Part shown: piece by piece, positions 17,334-20,732 of the stretch
Numbering within the stretch: the first letter of the stretch is position 1
Layout: each line of letters starts with the position of its first letter
DNA from: Gemmatimonadaceae bacterium
GTDB lineage: Bacteria; Gemmatimonadota; Gemmatimonadetes; Gemmatimonadales; Gemmatimonadaceae
Reading direction: 5' to 3'
NCBI GenBank assembly: GCA_040902005.1
Contig: JBBDYA010000086.1
Span: 1-20,732 of the forward strand
DNA length: 20,732 nucleotides
The notes under the pieces: generated by a model
The model's input: only the letters and a program-made list of their open reading frames with translations
Told to the model about the DNA's origin: nothing
Databases searched by the model: none
Program-made: the position numbers and the translations under genes

Positions 17334-18314
17334 CTACTCGATGTACATGACTTTCCTGACCGCCGCGATGGTCTTCGCGGCGTCGGGCTTCGCAAGCTTC
17401 TCGAGATTCTTCGCGTACGGCATCGGCGTGTCCGCCTGGTGGACGCGCACGACGGGCGCGTCGAGATCGTCGAAGCAATCGCGCTGGATGTAGTCCACCA
17501 CCTGCGCGCCGATGCCGGCGAGCTCCCATCCCTCCTCGAGCACGACCGCGCGATTGGTCTTCTGCACGGAGGTCCTGATCGCGTCCACGTCCATGGGGCG
17601 CACGGTGCGCAGGTCCACCACGTCGATGTGAATGTCTTCCTTCGCGAGCTGATCGGCGACGGCCATCGCGACCAGTGCCATCTTGCCGCTGGTGACGATG
17701 GTGCAGTGGTCTCCTTCGCGCTTGAGTTCGGCCTTGCCGATGGGCACGAGGAACTCCTCGTCGGGCACTTCGCCCTTGGTGTTGTAGAGCATCTCGCCCT
17801 CGAGAAAGAGCACCGGGTTATCATCGCGGATCGCGCTCTTGAGCAGTCCTTTCGCGTCGTATGGCGTGCCAGGGGTTACCACCTTCACGCCGGGCATGTG
17901 GGCCAGCCAGGATTCGAACGCCTGGGAGTGCTGGGCGGAGAGCTGGAGCGCGGCGCCGTTCGGTCCGCGAAACACCATGGGCATCGGGTACTGTCCGCCG
18001 GACATGTAGAGCATCTTGGATGCGGAATTCAGGACCTGATCGAGGGCGAGGACGCCGAAATTCCACGTCATGAACTCGATCACCGGACGCAGGCCGGCCA
18101 TGGCGGCGCCCACGCCGACGCCGGCAAACCCCAGCTCGGTGATCGGCGTGTCCACCACGCGCATCTCACCGAATTCCTGGAGCAGCCCCTTGGACACCTT
18201 GTACGCGCCCTGATACACGGCGACTTCCTCGCCCATGAGGAACACGCGATCGTCGCGCTGCATCTCCTCGCGGAGCGCCTGGTTCAGTGCGTCCCGGTAC
18301 GTGATGACGGGCAT
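17334..18314 (-). CDS. pdhB: Pyruvate dehydrogenase E1 beta subunit
   Basis: FLMGEEVAVYQGAYKVS, DTPITELGF, EFMTWNF, VFRGPNGAA...AQHSQ, VVDLRTVRPMD, PMPYAKNLE. Confidence 0.97.
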   Translation of the reverse strand: MPVITYRDALNQALREEMQRDDRVFLMGEEVAVYQGAYKVSKGLLQEFGEMRVVDTPITELGFAGVGVGAAMAGLRPVIEFMTWNFGVLALDQVLNSASKMLYMSGGQYPMPMVFRGPNGAALQLSAQHSQAFESWLAHMPGVKVVTPGTPYDAKGLLKSAIRDDNPVLFLEGEMLYNTKGEVPDEEFLVPIGKAELKREGDHCTIVTSGKMALVAMAVADQLAKEDIHIDVVDLRTVRPMDVDAIRTSVQKTNRAVVLEEGWELAGIGAQVVDYIQRDCFDDLDAPVVRVHQADTPMPYAKNLEKLAKPDAAKTIAAVRKVMYIE

Positions 18315-18339
18315 CTAGGTCACGAAGGAAGCCATGGGG

Positions 18340-19335
18340 CTATCCATTGGCCGCCACGGGCTCGGCGGTCGCATCGCTGGTGGTGTCCACGAGCACATCC
18401 TCGAACAGTGCTTCTGGCGGCGGCTCCGGGCTCTTTTCCGCGAAGTCGATGGCGTCCTGCACCTGCGTCTTGATTTCCTCGTCCAGTGCGCGGAGGGCGT
18501 CTTCCGTGAGCTCGCCCTTCTCTTCCATGTGTATGCGGAGGAGCACGATCGGATCGCGCTTTTGCCATTCCTCGAGTTCTTTCTTGGTGCGGTATGTGCC
18601 GCTCACGGCGTCCGACATCGAGTGACCCATGAAACGGTAGGTGCGCGCCTCCAGCAGGGTGGGCAGCGACTTCTTGCGGGCGCGATCCACTGCGTCCTTC
18701 ACGGCTTTTCGCATGGCGAATACGTCCTGCCCGTCGCACTGTGCGCGCGTCATGTTATACGCCGCGCCGCGTTCGTAGATGTCATGGATCGCTGAGGCGC
18801 GCTCGAGCGCCGTGCCCATGCCGTACCGATTGTTCTCGATGATGTACACGACCGGCAGCTTCCACAGGCCGGCCATGTTGAGCGCTTCGTGGAACGCGCC
18901 GGTATTCACCACCGACTCACCCATGAAGCAGATGCAGACCTGATCACCGCCGCGGTACTTGATGGCGAATCCCACCCCCGTCGCGATGGGCACGTGCGCA
19001 CCGACGATGCCATGACCGCCCATGAAGTTCAGGCTGCGATCGAACAGGTGCATCGAGCCGCCCTTGCCGCGCGAACAGCCATCGCTCTTGCCGAACAGCT
19101 CCGCCATGACCGCCCGCGGCGTGATGCCGCGCGCGAGCGCCTGGCCATGATCGCGGTACGTGGTGATGATGTAATCGTCGGGACGCAGCATGGAGATCGT
19201 CCCCGTGCTCACCGCCTCCTGGCCGATGTACAGATGGCAGAAGCCGCCGATCTTGCCCAGCGCATAGGCCTCTGCCGTCCGCTCCTCGAAGCGCCGCTGG
19301 AGCAGCATCGAGCGCAGCAAGTCGATGTTCTTCAC
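18340..19335 (-). CDS. pdhA: Pyruvate dehydrogenase E1 alpha subunit
   Basis: KIGGFCHLYIGQEA, YRDHG, GKGGSMH, GGHGIVG, ENNRYGMGT, TYRFMGHSMSD. Likely GTG start at 19335 overlapping the lipA stop (GTGA); alternative GTG at 19362. Confidence 0.96.
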   Translation of the reverse strand: MKNIDLLRSMLLQRRFEERTAEAYALGKIGGFCHLYIGQEAVSTGTISMLRPDDYIITTYRDHGQALARGITPRAVMAELFGKSDGCSRGKGGSMHLFDRSLNFMGGHGIVGAHVPIATGVGFAIKYRGGDQVCICFMGESVVNTGAFHEALNMAGLWKLPVVYIIENNRYGMGTALERASAIHDIYERGAAYNMTRAQCDGQDVFAMRKAVKDAVDRARKKSLPTLLEARTYRFMGHSMSDAVSGTYRTKKELEEWQKRDPIVLLRIHMEEKGELTEDALRALDEEIKTQVQDAIDFAEKSPEPPPEALFEDVLVDTTSDATAEPVAANG

Positions 19336-20240
19336 ACGCCGGCCGCCTGGACCTGTTCCCACGCGTGGTAGCTCGAGCGCACGAGCGGGCCGGACTCCAC
19401 GTGCCTGAAGCCCAGCTCCATGCCCACCTCGCGCAACATCCGGAACTCGTCGGGCGTGACGTAACGGTCCAGCGCGATATGGCCGTCGGATGGCCGCAGG
19501 TACTGGCCGAGCGTCAGGATGTCCACGTCCACCTGGCGCAGGTCACGCATCACGGCAATGACCTCCTCGTTCGTCTCGCCCATCCCGAGAATGATGCCCG
19601 TCTTGGTGGGAATGTCCGGCGCTGTGGCCCTGGCGAAGCGGAAAATCCGCATGACGCGCTCGTAGCGCCCGCCGGGGCGGCACTTCTTGTACAGCCGCGG
19701 CACCGTTTCCGTGTTGTGGTTGTAGATCTCCGGTCGCGCGTCGAGCACGCTGCGAATGGCGTTCTCGTCCCCCTGAAAGTCGGGGACGAGCACCTCCACC
19801 GAACATCCGGGCACGCGATCGTGGATCTGCCGGATGGTCTCCGCGAATGCCCAGGCGCCGAAGTCCGGCAGGTCGTCCCGGTCCACGGAGGTGATGACCG
19901 CGTGCCGGAGCTGCATCTGCGCGACCGCCTCCCCCACGCGCTCCGGCTCAGCCGCGTCGAACTTCGGCGGGCGACCGTGCGCGACCGCGCAATACGCGCA
20001 GTTCCGGGTGCACACGTCGCCCAGGATCATGAACGTGGCGGCGCCATGCTCCCAGCACTCCCCCACGTTGGGGCAGTGGGCTTCCTCGCAGACCGTATGC
20101 AGGTCCAGGGAACGCATCATCTGCTTGAGGCGCAGGTAGTTGGCTCCACCCGGGGCCTTCACCTTGAGCCAACTGGGCTTGCGCTCCGGCAGCGGCTGGA
20201 CGCGATGGCGTCCCATGATTTGATAGAGCGTGTCGCCCAT
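19332..20240 (-). CDS. lipA: Lipoyl synthase (radical SAM)
   Basis: RKPSWLK, CEEAHCPNVGEC (CX4CX5C), CTRNCAYC (CX3CX2C), TSVDRDD, NHNTETV, GQYLRPS, VRSSY. Likely start ATG 20240. Confidence 0.97.
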   Translation of the reverse strand: MGDTLYQIMGRHRVQPLPERKPSWLKVKAPGGANYLRLKQMMRSLDLHTVCEEAHCPNVGECWEHGAATFMILGDVCTRNCAYCAVAHGRPPKFDAAEPERVGEAVAQMQLRHAVITSVDRDDLPDFGAWAFAETIRQIHDRVPGCSVEVLVPDFQGDENAIRSVLDARPEIYNHNTETVPRLYKKCRPGGRYERVMRIFRFARATAPDIPTKTGIILGMGETNEEVIAVMRDLRQVDVDILTLGQYLRPSDGHIALDRYVTPDEFRMLREVGMELGFRHVESGPLVRSSYHAWEQVQAAGV

Positions 20241-20411
20241 TGCAGGTTGTCGGTCGCGCCTCGCGAGCGGTGCTTGTGCGTCGGGAGCGGGAAATCTATC
20301 TGGCCCCAAGGGAGGCGGAAGCGATACTAACCCTTTAAAATGTCTTAGACCGGTTAGCCGGTTATCCCGAACCGGGGCATGGCGATGGGGCAATCACGCC
20401 CTTACGATCGT

Positions 20412-20438
20412 TGAAACCAGGCCAGCCCGGCCGGCGTA
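20412..20438 (+). promoter_or_regulatory. ECF sigma (SigW-like) promoter TGAAAC-N17-CGTA
   Basis: TGAAAC at 20412-20417 and CGTA at 20435-20438, 33 nt before the ATG. Matches the SigW-type consensus TGAAAC-N16/17-CGTA. Confidence 0.6.
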
Positions 20439-20471
20439 CGTCAAGGCAGATCCGCTTCGGAGAAATTCGGC

Positions 20472-20696
20472 ATGCTACGCACCGTGTTCATGATCGGCCT
20501 GTTCGCGATTCTCGGGTTGTTCGCGCTGAACATCGCCTTTGGTCTATTCAAGGTTCTCTTCGTGCTCCTGCTCGTCCTGCTCGGTTGGGCGATCAAGATT
20601 GCGATCGCCGGGTTGCTCATCTACTTCGTCATTCGGATCGTGAGCCCGGAGACCGCGCACCGGTTGCGGTCACGGTGGACGGGCCCGAGCATCTGA
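20472..20696 (+). CDS. Small (74 aa) hydrophobic membrane protein of unknown function
   Basis: GGAG RBS upstream, a long hydrophobic stretch, a basic C-terminal tail, GC3-rich codon usage, and no overlap with other genes. Confidence 0.8.
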   Translation: MLRTVFMIGLFAILGLFALNIAFGLFKVLFVLLLVLLGWAIKIAIAGLLIYFVIRIVSPETAHRLRSRWTGPSI

Positions 20697-20732
20697 CGCA
20701 CAGCCGTCGGATCTGATGGGGGGGGGGAGGCC

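Overview
A GC-rich bacterial chromosomal segment, probably a whole assembly contig because both ends stop in poly-G/C runs. Gene content and protein style suggest Gemmatimonadota (inference). The left part holds dnaE-accA-ricT/PSP1 (minus strand, last gene truncated), a divergent Zn-aminopeptidase and a UvrD/Rep-family helicase. The right part holds a complete lipA-pdhA-pdhB-pdhC-lpdA-lipB operon (minus) and a small membrane protein behind an ECF-sigma-like promoter. Between them lie a vapBC toxin-antitoxin pair with a clear operator/promoter and a divergent troABCD/mntABCD-type metal ABC importer. The importer is the most interesting element. Both permease subunits carry C-terminal His-containing winged-helix tails, two DtxR-like boxes lie upstream, no stand-alone repressor is present in the window, and a G14 tract frameshifts one winged-helix tail (phase variation or a homopolymer error). 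Several genes appear leaderless. No RNA genes, CRISPR arrays or transposases were seen.
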